Assembly: GCA_963824495.1 (NCBI GenBank)
Contig: CAWGPQ010000008.1
Location: forward strand, 160,001-224,000
From: an uncultured bacterium
GTDB taxonomy: Bacteria; Babelota; Babeliae; Babelales; Babelaceae
Direction: 5' to 3'
Length of the DNA: 64,000 nt
The notes below the pieces were generated by a model, which was not told the origin of the DNA, did no database searches, and saw nothing but the letters and a program-made list of their open reading frames with translations. The number at the start of each line of letters is the position of its first letter. The stretch's first letter is position 1. A program made the translations under genes and the position numbers. This document shows, one piece after another, positions 1-9,397 of this stretch.

Positions 1-749
1 TTAAGTACACCCTTACGTAACGCTCCTTTTATTTCAGGAACAGAAATCTCTTGTTCATTAAGAAATTTTTCAGCAAGATGATCATCGATATCGCATGCTG
101 CTTCGATTATTTTTACGCGCAAAGTTTCTACCTGATCTTTATAATCTTCGGGAACGTCTGACCAAGTTATCGTTACACCTCGATCTGCACCTTCACCAAA
201 AGTTGCCATTTTACGCGAAAGCAGATCAATAATACCATGAAAGTTCTCAGATTCACCAACAGGTATTTGCATAGCAACTGCGTTAGCGTGAAGCTTTGCA
301 TTTACGTCTCGTATAGTTTTGAAGTAATCAGCACCGATACGATCAAGCTTATTTACGAATATAATACGCGGTACTTTATAACGGTTTGCTTGTTTCCAGA
401 CTGTTTCAGATTGAGGCTGAACGCAACCAACACCACAAAACACCGCAACAACACCATCTAAAACACGAAGGGAACGCCCTACCTCAATAGTAAAGTCTAC
501 GTGTCCTGGGGTATCAATAATATTAATTTGATAGCCTTTCCAGGTGCTCGTAATTGCGGCAGCGGTAATGGTGATTCCACGCTCTCTTTCTTGCTCCATC
601 CAATCGGTTGTTGCTTCACCTTCGTGAACTTCGCCAAGCTTATGAGTCGCACCAGTATAAAATAGAATACGTTCTGTGACAGTAGTTTTACCCGCATCTA
701 TATGAGCTGCTATACCTATATTTCTGTATTTCTCGAGCGGAACACTCAT
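1..749 (-). CDS. fusA: Elongation factor G, N-terminal part (runs off window start)
   Basis: Not in ORF track; my translation from ATG at 749 gives [23 protein letters not shown]...IDTPGHVDF; follows rpsL-rpsG. Confidence 0.97.
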   Translation of the reverse strand, partial: MSVPLEKYRNIGIAAHIDAGKTTVTERILFYTGATHKLGEVHEGEATTDWMEQERERGITITAAAITSTWKGYQINIIDTPGHVDFTIEVGRSLRVLDGVVAVFCGVGCVQPQSETVWKQANRYKVPRIIFVNKLDRIGADYFKTIRDVNAKLHANAVAMQIPVGESENFHGIIDLLSRKMATFGEGADRGVTITWSDVPEDYKDQVETLRVKIIEAACDIDDHLAEKFLNEQEISVPEIKGALRKGVL

Positions 750-767
750 TACACACCTTTACTTACG

Positions 768-1250
768 TTACCAAGAATAATGCGAAAAGGCACGATTCGC
801 TTCTGCCATTTTATGGACATCAAGTTTTTTCTTAACTGCATTACCACGTCCTTCATGTGCGTCAACAAGTTCGTGAGCCAATCGCATACCCATAGTTTTA
901 TCGTTACGTGTTGCAGCACTTGAAATGAGCCAACGAAATGCCAGTGATCGCCCACGATGAGGGCTTACCTCACTAGGAATTTGATAGACGCTTCCACCAA
1001 CACGACGAGGTCGCACTTCGATTGCTGGTGTTATGTTTTCAAGAGCTCGTAAAAACATTTTTAATGCTTTATCTCGATCTCCGCCTGCTCTTTTTGTTAA
1101 TATATCAAGAGCATCGTATACAATGGTGCGGGCAGCGTTCTTTTTGCCACGCCACATAACAACGTTAATTAATTTTTGAATCGTTTCCGAGCCATAACGA
1201 GGATCAGCACCGACATCTCGTATAAAACTGACCGACTTACGTCTTGCCAT
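768..1250 (-). CDS. rpsG: 30S ribosomal protein S7
   Basis: RRVGGSVYQIP and HKMAEANRAFSHY motifs; str operon order. Confidence 0.98.
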   Translation of the reverse strand: MARRKSVSFIRDVGADPRYGSETIQKLINVVMWRGKKNAARTIVYDALDILTKRAGGDRDKALKMFLRALENITPAIEVRPRRVGGSVYQIPSEVSPHRGRSLAFRWLISSAATRNDKTMGMRLAHELVDAHEGRGNAVKKKLDVHKMAEANRAFSHYSW

Positions 1251-1267
1251 GCTCTTACCTTCCTAGC

Positions 1268-1642
1268 TTATTTCTTTGGACGTTTTGCGCCATAAAGCGA
1301 ACGTCCTTGTCGTCTTTTATCTACACCTGCCGTGTCAAGAGTACCACGAACAATATGATATTTCACACCAGGCAAATCTTTTACACGACCTCCACGAACT
1401 AATACAACTGAGTGCTCTTGAAGATTATGACCTTCTCCCCCAATATAAGCAGTTACTTCAATACCCGTGGACAATTTAACACGAGCTACTTTACGTAGTG
1501 CTGAATTTGGCTTCTTTGGTGCTTGGGTAAACACCTTAATACATACACCACGAGCCTGTGGATTATCTTTCAATGCCGAGCTTTTTGATTTACTCTTCGG
1601 CTGAATACGCTCAGAGCGAGCAAGCTGATTAATAGTAGGCAT
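1268..1642 (-). CDS. rpsL: 30S ribosomal protein S12
   Basis: [27 protein letters not shown]. Confidence 0.99.
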   Translation of the reverse strand: MPTINQLARSERIQPKSKSKSSALKDNPQARGVCIKVFTQAPKKPNSALRKVARVKLSTGIEVTAYIGGEGHNLQEHSVVLVRGGRVKDLPGVKYHIVRGTLDTAGVDKRRQGRSLYGAKRPKK

Positions 1643-1763
1643 TCTAAGATTTCCTCTAAAATTTCCTATGATTATTTAACACCACATCTAACGCACTAGC
1701 ATCTAACTTGGCCGTCCTAGCAACTCGTAGTAAGGTGGCAAAGCCGGCAAAGAGTTACATACT

Positions 1764-1848
1764 AGTGTAACTTTTTTGCCAATTTTTTCAAGTGGAATGA
1801 AAAGAACAGGAAGCGACCCTTGATGTAGCAAAAATACTGCGCTATGCT
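1764..1848. promoter_or_regulatory. Divergent sigma70-like promoters for rpsL (minus) and rseP (plus)
   Basis: Minus: TTGAAA(1791-1786)-16nt-TACACT(1769-1764); plus: TTGATG(1820)-17nt-TATGCT(1843). Confidence 0.45.
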
Positions 1849-1965
1849 GAAGCATCGGTACGACTTTACGGGCTTATCGTTTTGCTAAGCATATTAAGCC
1901 TGCTACGCAACGCCAAACACGTAATAAGTATAGCACATATTTTTTTATTATCAAGGAGAAATTAT

Positions 1966-3102
1966 ATGACCTCAGTGTCACCCCTCGTTCTACTATTCAA
2001 AAACGTTTTTTTCATTATTGTGGGCCTGGCTGGCATAGGTTTACTTATTACCATACATGAGCTTGGCCACTTTATTTTTGCTAAGCTCTTTAGTGTTAGT
2101 ACACCTTCATTCTCTATTGGCTTTGGTCCGCGTATTATACAGAAAAAAATAGGTCATACGAATTTTGTGCTTTCTGCTATTCCGCTTGGCGGCTATGTTG
2201 AAATGGCAGGCTCAGCCGAGCTTGGTCAAGGTGAACAAAAAGAAGCAGCTCGTACAGATTACTATTCATTTGCAGCAAAACCCTACTATCAAAAATTTCT
2301 TATCATGATAGGTGGTATTCTTTTTAATCTTCTTTTTGCCTATATAACACTTACGGCACTCTTTGCCGCAGGTGTCCCTCAAACTCCTTTGCTGCATCCT
2401 AAAAATGCCATCCCTACGTTAGAGACCGTAGCTCCAGGCGGTGCAGCCCAACGTGCCGGGCTTCAGGCAGGAGATACTATCATTGATCTACGCACGCCTT
2501 CAGGCATCACTCATATCACCTCCTATGAGCAGCTCATTACTGAACTTGAGCCATTGGCCGGCATTCCGATAACGCTTCGCATTCAGCGTGATAGCTCTCA
2601 GCGAGATATTGAAATTACACCTGATGCCTATCAACAAGGCCCTAAAAAAGTTGGCCGCTTAGGTGCATATTTTAAGCACGTTGATTTACCACCACGTCCT
2701 TGGCGACAAGCAGTGAGAGATGGCATCTCAGCAACACATACGCTTATTAAGCAAACGTTCTTAGCATTTAAATCTATTTTTTCTCAGCGATCCCTTGAGG
2801 GAGTAGGTGGACCTTTAATGGTTATTTCGCAAACAATAAAAGGCGCTGAGCATGGGCTTAAGCTGTTTCTCTTACTTCTTGCTTTTATTAGCGTTAATCT
2901 CGCCGTATTAAATATTATACCATTGCCTATCATGGATGGAGGACAAATTCTCTTTTATTCTATAGAAGCGCTTACTGGCCGACCATTGCCAGAGCAGATT
3001 AAGATGTATATTTATTACGCCTCGTGGGCTTTTATTATTGCTTTGGCTCTCTATTTAAGTGTCAAAGATGTGTACAGAATGACCGGTAGTTTTTTTAAAT
3101 AA
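1966..3102 (+). CDS. rseP: RIP metalloprotease RseP (M50, PDZ)
   Basis: HELGH, FSIGFGP, AIPLGGYV, NIIPLPIMDGG; AAGGAG RBS before ATG 1966 (track start 1882 probably too early). Confidence 0.93.
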   Translation: MTSVSPLVLLFKNVFFIIVGLAGIGLLITIHELGHFIFAKLFSVSTPSFSIGFGPRIIQKKIGHTNFVLSAIPLGGYVEMAGSAELGQGEQKEAARTDYYSFAAKPYYQKFLIMIGGILFNLLFAYITLTALFAAGVPQTPLLHPKNAIPTLETVAPGGAAQRAGLQAGDTIIDLRTPSGITHITSYEQLITELEPLAGIPITLRIQRDSSQRDIEITPDAYQQGPKKVGRLGAYFKHVDLPPRPWRQAVRDGISATHTLIKQTFLAFKSIFSQRSLEGVGGPLMVISQTIKGAEHGLKLFLLLLAFISVNLAVLNIIPLPIMDGGQILFYSIEALTGRPLPEQIKMYIYYASWAFIIALALYLSVKDVYRMTGSFFK

Positions 3103-3120
3103 AACTATAGAGAAAAACAC

Positions 3121-4239
3121 GTGAAAAAGCACCTAGTATTCCTGCTTGTTATACTTGCTTCTAGCGTTCTGCGTGCTAACCCTCTTGAAAAAATAACACC
3201 CTTACATAAAAAAATTGGCCAAATGATTATGCTTGGGTTCAAGGGAACTGTTTCCGCTGACCCAGGCGTTCAGCTTCTCGTCGACCATATAACCAACGGT
3301 CGTATTGGAGGAGTTATTTTTATGAAGACTAACATTGTTCATAGCAATCAAGTTAAAAATCTAACTTCTTATATACACGCTATTAAAGCACCCGAAAAGC
3401 TGTTACTAGCAATTGATATGGAGGGAGGCAGAGTACAACGATTAGACCCTAAAAAGAATTTCCCACCTATTCTTTCAGCTAAAAAATTTGCCCTACTTGA
3501 TACCCCTGATGCTATTGCTGAAGCAGAAAAGCTTGCTTTGTTAGTAGCTGAGCATGGCTTTAATCTTAACCTTGCGCCGGTAGTCGACCTTGACGGTGAA
3601 CCACCATGCTCAGTTATAGGTGGACTTGAACGAAGCTTTTCGCCCGATATTGAAACGGTTATTCGCTGTGCCCAACTTGTAATCGATGCTCATCGAAAGC
3701 ATGCCGTCTTGACAACTCTTAAGCACTATCCCGGCCATGGCTATGCACAAGGTGATACGCATGATGGCATGGTTGATGTTACGCTAACGGCTCAACCGCA
3801 AGAACTTGAGCCTTTTAACAGGCTCATTGAACAAAATACCGTAGACGCCATCATGACAGCGCATATTATTAACCGTGCAGTAGATCCCCTATTTCCAGCA
3901 ACCCTTTCGCGCACTATACTAACCAACCAGCTCAGAAGCCTGGCACACTATAATGGCGTTATTATTACCGACGAGCTCCGTATGGGTGCCATTAAAGATC
4001 ATTATAGTTTGCGCGATACCGTCATTCATGCAATCGAGGCAGGCAGCGATATATTACTTTTTACCAATGATGATGGTTTTCTAGAATCTACAGATAGCTT
4101 TCCCTTAAAGATAGCAGCTATCGTCGAAGAGGCACTTATCACAGGGGAACTATCAGAAGACCTTATAGATCAAGCATATGAGCGCATTCTACGCATGAAG
4201 CAGAAGTTAGCTGTTATTAGCTTTGTTCCGATACCATGA
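3121..4239 (+). CDS. nagZ: GH3 beta-N-acetylhexosaminidase (NagZ-like) with signal peptide
   Basis: IDMEGGRVQR, KHYPGHG..GDTH, IITDELRMGA. Confidence 0.85.
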   Translation: MKKHLVFLLVILASSVLRANPLEKITPLHKKIGQMIMLGFKGTVSADPGVQLLVDHITNGRIGGVIFMKTNIVHSNQVKNLTSYIHAIKAPEKLLLAIDMEGGRVQRLDPKKNFPPILSAKKFALLDTPDAIAEAEKLALLVAEHGFNLNLAPVVDLDGEPPCSVIGGLERSFSPDIETVIRCAQLVIDAHRKHAVLTTLKHYPGHGYAQGDTHDGMVDVTLTAQPQELEPFNRLIEQNTVDAIMTAHIINRAVDPLFPATLSRTILTNQLRSLAHYNGVIITDELRMGAIKDHYSLRDTVIHAIEAGSDILLFTNDDGFLESTDSFPLKIAAIVEEALITGELSEDLIDQAYERILRMKQKLAVISFVPIP

Positions 4240-5266
4240 TTGTCTCATCTTTGAAAAAATATACCTCGTCTTCCCCATTTGGTATTGCTTTTTTAAGATA
4301 GGCTGAAAGAGCTTGATCGACATCAATACCCTTATTTTTAAGAAATTGACGAATCAAAAGGCTGCGCTCTTGAAACGAAGGATAGGTGCTCAATGTTAAA
4401 TGGGAAAAGCGCTCCACTAAATCATCAAGTGATTGTCGAGCTAATTTTTGAAAACAATAAAGCATTGCTAAAAGGGGCTCAAAGTTTCTAAGCTTATAGA
4501 GCTTTTCGCATGCAAACATGTCAGCCTGACGTTCAAAATCTCGTTGGTAAGCGAGATAAGGTAAATCATCGGTAATTTGAGTTAAAAAGTGAGCGACGAC
4601 AATTAAAAACCATGTCACCGATGGCAACTTGTCCCAATAAGGCTCCAGCTGCATATCGAGATTCTTAGCACAACCTGTGAAGCTAAGAATAATAGCTATC
4701 AAACTAGAAGATAACGAACTGCCCAAAGAAACACGCTCTTTTGGCTGCATATCAATATCATGCTCAATACCATAGTTAGAAATGTGCCCACATTCATGAT
4801 AAGCAATTGCAGTGATCAAATCTTGTGTATAACGCGTTCCATCGAGCACTGGAGGTAAAGCTATATAGTGCTCATTGTCTGACAATGAAAGTGTCCATCC
4901 AATTAAACTGCGCCGCGGGATGTGTTTTAAAATCACCACTGGAACTTGTATTATAGAAATATTTTTATCACTCAGGCCAGAGTTGGTAAGTGCTGCTTCC
5001 GCGATGGCTTTAATTTCAGCTGATGGCTCTACCGAAAATTCATCTCCTGGTATAGAAATATTTTTATTGATCAAACCATTCATGATAGATATGTCTTGTA
5101 AGATCTGCTCTAAGTTTTCTTTAAGTTTAGCCGGTAGTTCTATAGAAAATGCACATTCAGAAACACCAAAGCTTTCTGAACCATACCCCAGACTTACAAG
5201 ACATAACACTACCAATACAAAAGATCTCATAATTACTTGATTCCCTACATTGCATAAAAAATTCAC
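4217..5266 (-). CDS. M48-like zinc metallopeptidase, secreted/membrane (paralog 1)
   Basis: AYHECGH (HExxH), ERQAD third-ligand motif, TYPSFQER; hydrophobic N-terminus; start probably the second Met. Confidence 0.7.
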   Translation of the reverse strand: MNFLCNVGNQVIMRSFVLVVLCLVSLGYGSESFGVSECAFSIELPAKLKENLEQILQDISIMNGLINKNISIPGDEFSVEPSAEIKAIAEAALTNSGLSDKNISIIQVPVVILKHIPRRSLIGWTLSLSDNEHYIALPPVLDGTRYTQDLITAIAYHECGHISNYGIEHDIDMQPKERVSLGSSLSSSLIAIILSFTGCAKNLDMQLEPYWDKLPSVTWFLIVVAHFLTQITDDLPYLAYQRDFERQADMFACEKLYKLRNFEPLLAMLYCFQKLARQSLDDLVERFSHLTLSTYPSFQERSLLIRQFLKNKGIDVDQALSAYLKKAIPNGEDEVYFFKDETIMVSEQS

Positions 5267-5444
5267 ATTAACATTTAAGCCCCATAAGACATATCAATTT
5301 GAGCAATATTAGATTAGATTAAGTAATTTGTTATTTTTTTACAATCAGGGGATAGATTAAAACCAATTATCTACCCGTAATCCTTGGCATTTCTTTATTA
5401 TTATGCTGAAATTTTAAATATTAAATTTTAAAGTAATCAATTAA

Positions 5445-5525
5445 AAAACAGCAAGTATCGTTGAAAAAACGCTTATTCCCGGTCGGTTATCCGAAGATCT
5501 CGTAGACCAAGCTTATACTAGTTAG
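5445..5525 (+). pseudogene. Duplicated relic of nagZ 3' end
   Basis: Translates KTASIVEKTLIPGRLSEDLVDQAY versus nagZ KIAAIVEEALITGELSEDLIDQAY (4108-4179); 17/24 identical by my alignment. Confidence 0.8.
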
Positions 5526-5746
5526 TTCCCATCCATAGACTTACAGATCTACGAATATCACTAAAAAGAGCTACCTCTTTTTCACCACGAGGCATCGCTT
5601 TCTTAAGATAGACTTCAAGGTTCTGATGTACGTCGATGCCCCTGCTTTCAAGAAATATAATGACCCCTAGAAATCAGACACGTGTAATTGGAGAAATTGG
5701 GGAGTATAATGATGCAAAAAGATCATCACTATTACTGGGGTAAAGC

Positions 5747-6022
5747 ATGGCAAGAATATACAAGAAACATGGAAGTTCATTTAAGAGTAAGGTAGCTCTA
5801 GAGGCCCTAAAAGAAAAGAAAACAGTTGCAGAATTATGCCAAGAGTATAGCATTTCAGCAAGTCAAATATTTGCATGGAAAAAGCAGCTGGAGGAAGAGA
5901 GCAATAAGATCTTTGAAGATAAGCGAGAAGTAGACCATAAAGCAGAAATAGATAGATTGCATCGTGTTATTGGACAATTAACTGCGGAACGTGATTTTTT
6001 AGGACATGTGCTCAAACGTTAA
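5747..6022 (+). CDS. IS3 transposase OrfA (HTH)
   Basis: FKSKVALEAL...WKKQ HTH pattern; identical protein to 43596-43871. Confidence 0.9.
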   Translation: MARIYKKHGSSFKSKVALEALKEKKTVAELCQEYSISASQIFAWKKQLEEESNKIFEDKREVDHKAEIDRLHRVIGQLTAERDFLGHVLKR

Positions 6023-6042
6023 GTAGTGAAAAACGCAAAGAG

Positions 6043-6911
6043 ATGATTGAGCACGGTAATGAAGCGATAGGTATAAAAAGAAAATGCGAACTTTTGGGTG
6101 TTGCGAGAAGCATGATGTATTATCAACCGAGGCCGTTAAAAAGTAACGATGCGACTATATTGAATGAGGTTAGAAGTATTTATCAAGAAACACCATTTTA
6201 TGGCTATCGCCGTATTCTTGTTGCTCTGAGGCAAAGAGGCTTCGTTATCAATCACAAGAGGTTACAAGGATTGCTCGCTCTTGCAGGCATAAAAGCTGTT
6301 TATCCTACAAAGAAAACAACTATACGAGATCGGGGACACAAAGTATACCCCTATCTTCTACGTGAACTTAGCGTTGATCGCCCTAATCAGGTATGGACCG
6401 TTGACATTACCTAGTTTATTTAGTGTGCTTGCTCGATGTCTTTAGCAGAAGAATTATGGGATGGAGCTTATCTACTTTTCTTGATACGCAATCATGTCTT
6501 GAAGCACTTGAAAACGCCTTGAAGCATGGCATACCGGAGATTATTAATAGCGACCAAGGATGCCAGTTTACCAGTACCTCTTGGATCGTACAATTAGAAG
6601 GAAACGGTATAAAGGTGAGCATGGATGGCAAGGGTCGCTGGGCTGATAATGCTCATGTCGAACGATTATGGCGTACTATAAAGTACGAAAACGTTTACCT
6701 GCACAGTTTTGATACTGTGGATCAGGCTCGAGTAGCTTTGCGGAGCTATGTTGATTTTTATAATCAAAAACGACCTCATCAGGCGCTTAACTATCACACG
6801 CCAAACCTCATTTTCGCTTTAAGAGTTGTGCCTACAAGACAACAGTTATTTGCACAATTTAAGTTACAAAACCAGTCTAACCCTTTGGAGGTTAACATGA
6901 CTCCTAAATAA
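6043..6911 (+). pseudogene. IS3 transposase OrfB (DDE), broken by 22-bp deletion
   Basis: Versus copy 2, TATAAAGGTACGACTTGGCTTT is missing after 6413, creating TAG right after VDIT. Confidence 0.92.
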
Positions 6912-7772
6912 ATCTATTTTCGTGTCTTAACGCAGGGGGTCACTATAAAACTCATAAATTGTTGCAGCTCGATCTTTACGTGATGGATGAGTTCTTAAGG
7001 GAAAACCTAACATACTCCTAGTATCTTTAGGATAAAACAACGCTTTTGCAAAAAAGAGGGTATTGAGAATCTAACCTAGACAACCACTGATAAAAGTAAA
7101 GCTGTGCCAAGATTGGCTCTATGTTTCCAAGCTTGTACAATTGCTCGCACATGAAGAGATCTGCTTGAAGCTCTTCTTGCCTCAATGCTCGATAGAGCTC
7201 CATTACCTCATTATCCATAAGTAGCATAGCCGACAAAACGGTAGCTGAAGCATCCAGTAACAGTCTATGACATATTTTTAGGAGGCATCAAAACTTTATT
7301 GTGGCGAAAATAAAGGTGTCCGCACTCATGATAAGCTACTGCAATTTTATAGTCTCGTGTAAACTTAGTCTTATCGAACAATGATGATAAAGTCAAAACT
7401 TCTTGATAAGCATCTGCTCTATCTTTGCGGTCACGCGTATCTTCTCCTATACGAATTCCCCTATCGCTCAATCCAGAATTAACTATAGCTTCTTCCGCAA
7501 TCGCTTTAATTTCAGCTGAAGGCTCTATAAGAAATTCATCTTCTTTTTCAATAACACTATCGTACGCGGACGTGCCAAAGCTCACTAGTCCAGACCCTAG
7601 ATTTGCCATAAGTAATGCTACTAATAAGACATATTTCATATTTTTAATATGCTCCATATAAACAATTTAAACTTACTATTAACATTAGTAAGATGAATTA
7701 TTTTTTAAACATTATCAAAAAAGCATGAGTAATCGACGTAATAATACTACTTTAATAGATGGCGCCAAAGAG

Positions 7773-8618
7773 CTACTCTTTTTCACCATTGGGCATTGCT
7801 TTTTTAAGATACACCTCAAGAGTTTGATCTACGTCAATAGCCTTACTTTCGAGAAATTCATAAATTGCTGCAGCTCGATCTTTGTGCGATGGGTGAGTTT
7901 CTAAGGGAAAACCTAAGATACTCTTATCTTCAGAAGCATACGTTTTTGTCAAAAGGCCTTGAGAATATAGTCTGGAGGTCTGCTGGTGCACGTAAAGCTC
8001 TGCCAAAAGGGGCTCTATGTTTCCCAGCTTGTATAACTGCTCGCACATGAAAAGATCCGCTTGAACCTCGTTTTGCCTATATACTCGATAGAGCTCCGTC
8101 TTGACATTATCAAAATATAAAACAGCTGTTGAAACGGTAGCTAAAGCATCCATTACTAGCTTGTTATGTGCTCTATTTAACATACTTTGTCTTAGAATAA
8201 TATACGATCCTAACCAAGAAGCAGGAGCTTTCATAAAATCATAGACTAACATATTTTTAATGGTCTCCAAAACTGTACCATGACGAAAATACAGATGTCC
8301 GCATTCATGATAAGCCACTGCGATCTTATAATCTCGCATAAGTTTAGTCTTATCAAGCAAGGGTGATAAAACCAAAAGTTCTTGCTGAGAATCTGACCTA
8401 TCTTTGTCGGGGCGCGTGTCTTCTTGTATACGAATCTTTCTATCGCTCAGTCCAGAATTGACGATGGCTTCCTCTGCAATGGCTTTAATTTCGGTTGAGG
8501 GCTCTATAAGAAATTTAGCTTCTTTCTTGATAGCTCTAGGGTACGCAAAAGTATCAAAGCTCACTAATCCAGGCCCTAGACTTGTCATAAGTAATGATAG
8601 CACTAAGATATACTTCAT
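7773..8618 (-). CDS. M48-like zinc metallopeptidase, secreted (paralog 3)
   Basis: Signal peptide, AYHECGH, EVQAD, THPSHKDR. Confidence 0.72.
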   Translation of the reverse strand: MKYILVLSLLMTSLGPGLVSFDTFAYPRAIKKEAKFLIEPSTEIKAIAEEAIVNSGLSDRKIRIQEDTRPDKDRSDSQQELLVLSPLLDKTKLMRDYKIAVAYHECGHLYFRHGTVLETIKNMLVYDFMKAPASWLGSYIILRQSMLNRAHNKLVMDALATVSTAVLYFDNVKTELYRVYRQNEVQADLFMCEQLYKLGNIEPLLAELYVHQQTSRLYSQGLLTKTYASEDKSILGFPLETHPSHKDRAAAIYEFLESKAIDVDQTLEVYLKKAMPNGEKE

Positions 8619-8731
8619 ATTTTAATATTCTCCAATTTAAATAATTTAAATTTAATATATAATACTAATATGATAAATTATTTTTTGAAAAATATCAAAA
8701 ATTACGTTTACTTGCCCTATTAGCAACAGAA

Positions 8732-8763
8732 AGGGCTCATTAGCATACTTTCTAACGAGCCCT
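8732..8763 (-). terminator. Hairpin downstream of rplM, probable intrinsic terminator
   Basis: Minus strand AGGGCTCGTTAG-8nt-CTAATGAGCCCT then TTCTGTT. Confidence 0.6.
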
Positions 8764-8784
8764 CTTATTTATTAACGTGAGTAG

Positions 8785-9246
8785 TTAGGCTGCTTGAGTA
8801 GACTTTCTACCAAGCCCTGCAATCTGAGCTTTATGCGGATGCTCAGTTCCAGAATATATTTTAAGTTTTTCAAGCTGAGAACGTGCCATTTTTGTATGAG
8901 CAAGCATCCCCTTAACAGCATGCATTAAAACCCGCGCTGGGTCTTTTTCCATTACTTGCTGTGCTGTAAGTCTTTTTTGGCCACCAATATAACCAGTATA
9001 CCACACATATTCTTTATCGCGCATTTTATCGCCGGTAAACACTACTTTATCAGCATTAATAACCACGACGTAGTCACCGGTGTCAGTATGAGGTGTAAAT
9101 TCAGGTAGATCTTTGCCACGCAAGATATCAGCGATATCGGTTGCCAAGCGGCCAACTACTTGACCTTCGGCATCAATCAAACGCCAACGAGGCTTTCTTG
9201 CTTCTTTTTTCATGAAAAAGGCTTTGTTCATATTTGCTGAGCTCAT
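8785..9246 (-). CDS. rplM: 50S ribosomal protein L13
   Basis: LIDAEGQVVGRLA, FTPHTDTGDYVVVINA, HPHKAQ. Confidence 0.97.
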   Translation of the reverse strand: MSSANMNKAFFMKKEARKPRWRLIDAEGQVVGRLATDIADILRGKDLPEFTPHTDTGDYVVVINADKVVFTGDKMRDKEYVWYTGYIGGQKRLTAQQVMEKDPARVLMHAVKGMLAHTKMARSQLEKLKIYSGTEHPHKAQIAGLGRKSTQAA

Positions 9247-9397
9247 CGAATAATCCCCATGGTAAAAATTCTATTAAAAATTTTAAATCTAAATACTGAA
9301 AAAAGAACAGGTTTATGTTAAGCTTAAATAAAAATCACTTTTTGGTCAACCCATAGTAACCTGTATCAAACCACTATAAAACCAAGGATCCGTCTTT

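Larger units (their letters stand above)
5656..6947 (+). mobile_element. IS3-family insertion sequence, copy 1 (defective, 1292 bp)
   Basis: Imperfect terminal IRs TATAATGACCCC...GGGGTCACTATA; 3-bp target duplication AAA (5653-55/6948-50); near-identical to 43505-44819. Confidence 0.93.
5518..7639 (-). pseudogene. M48-like peptidase paralog 2, frameshifted and IS-interrupted
   Basis: Fragments 7265-7657 (HECGH) and 7027-7236 align to 7773-8618; removing the IS rejoins IYEF-LESRGIDVHQNLEVYLKKAMPRGEKE; stop at 5518. Confidence 0.88.

Noticed and set aside
237..955. Short ORFs 237-461, 497-697, 702-923, 749-955
   Set aside because: Shadow or off-frame ORFs over fusA and rpsG
1685..1920. Structured ncRNA or riboswitch in rpsL/rseP leaders
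   Set aside because: Slightly GC-richer with short stems, but I could not match any known family by eye; needs an Rfam/Infernal search
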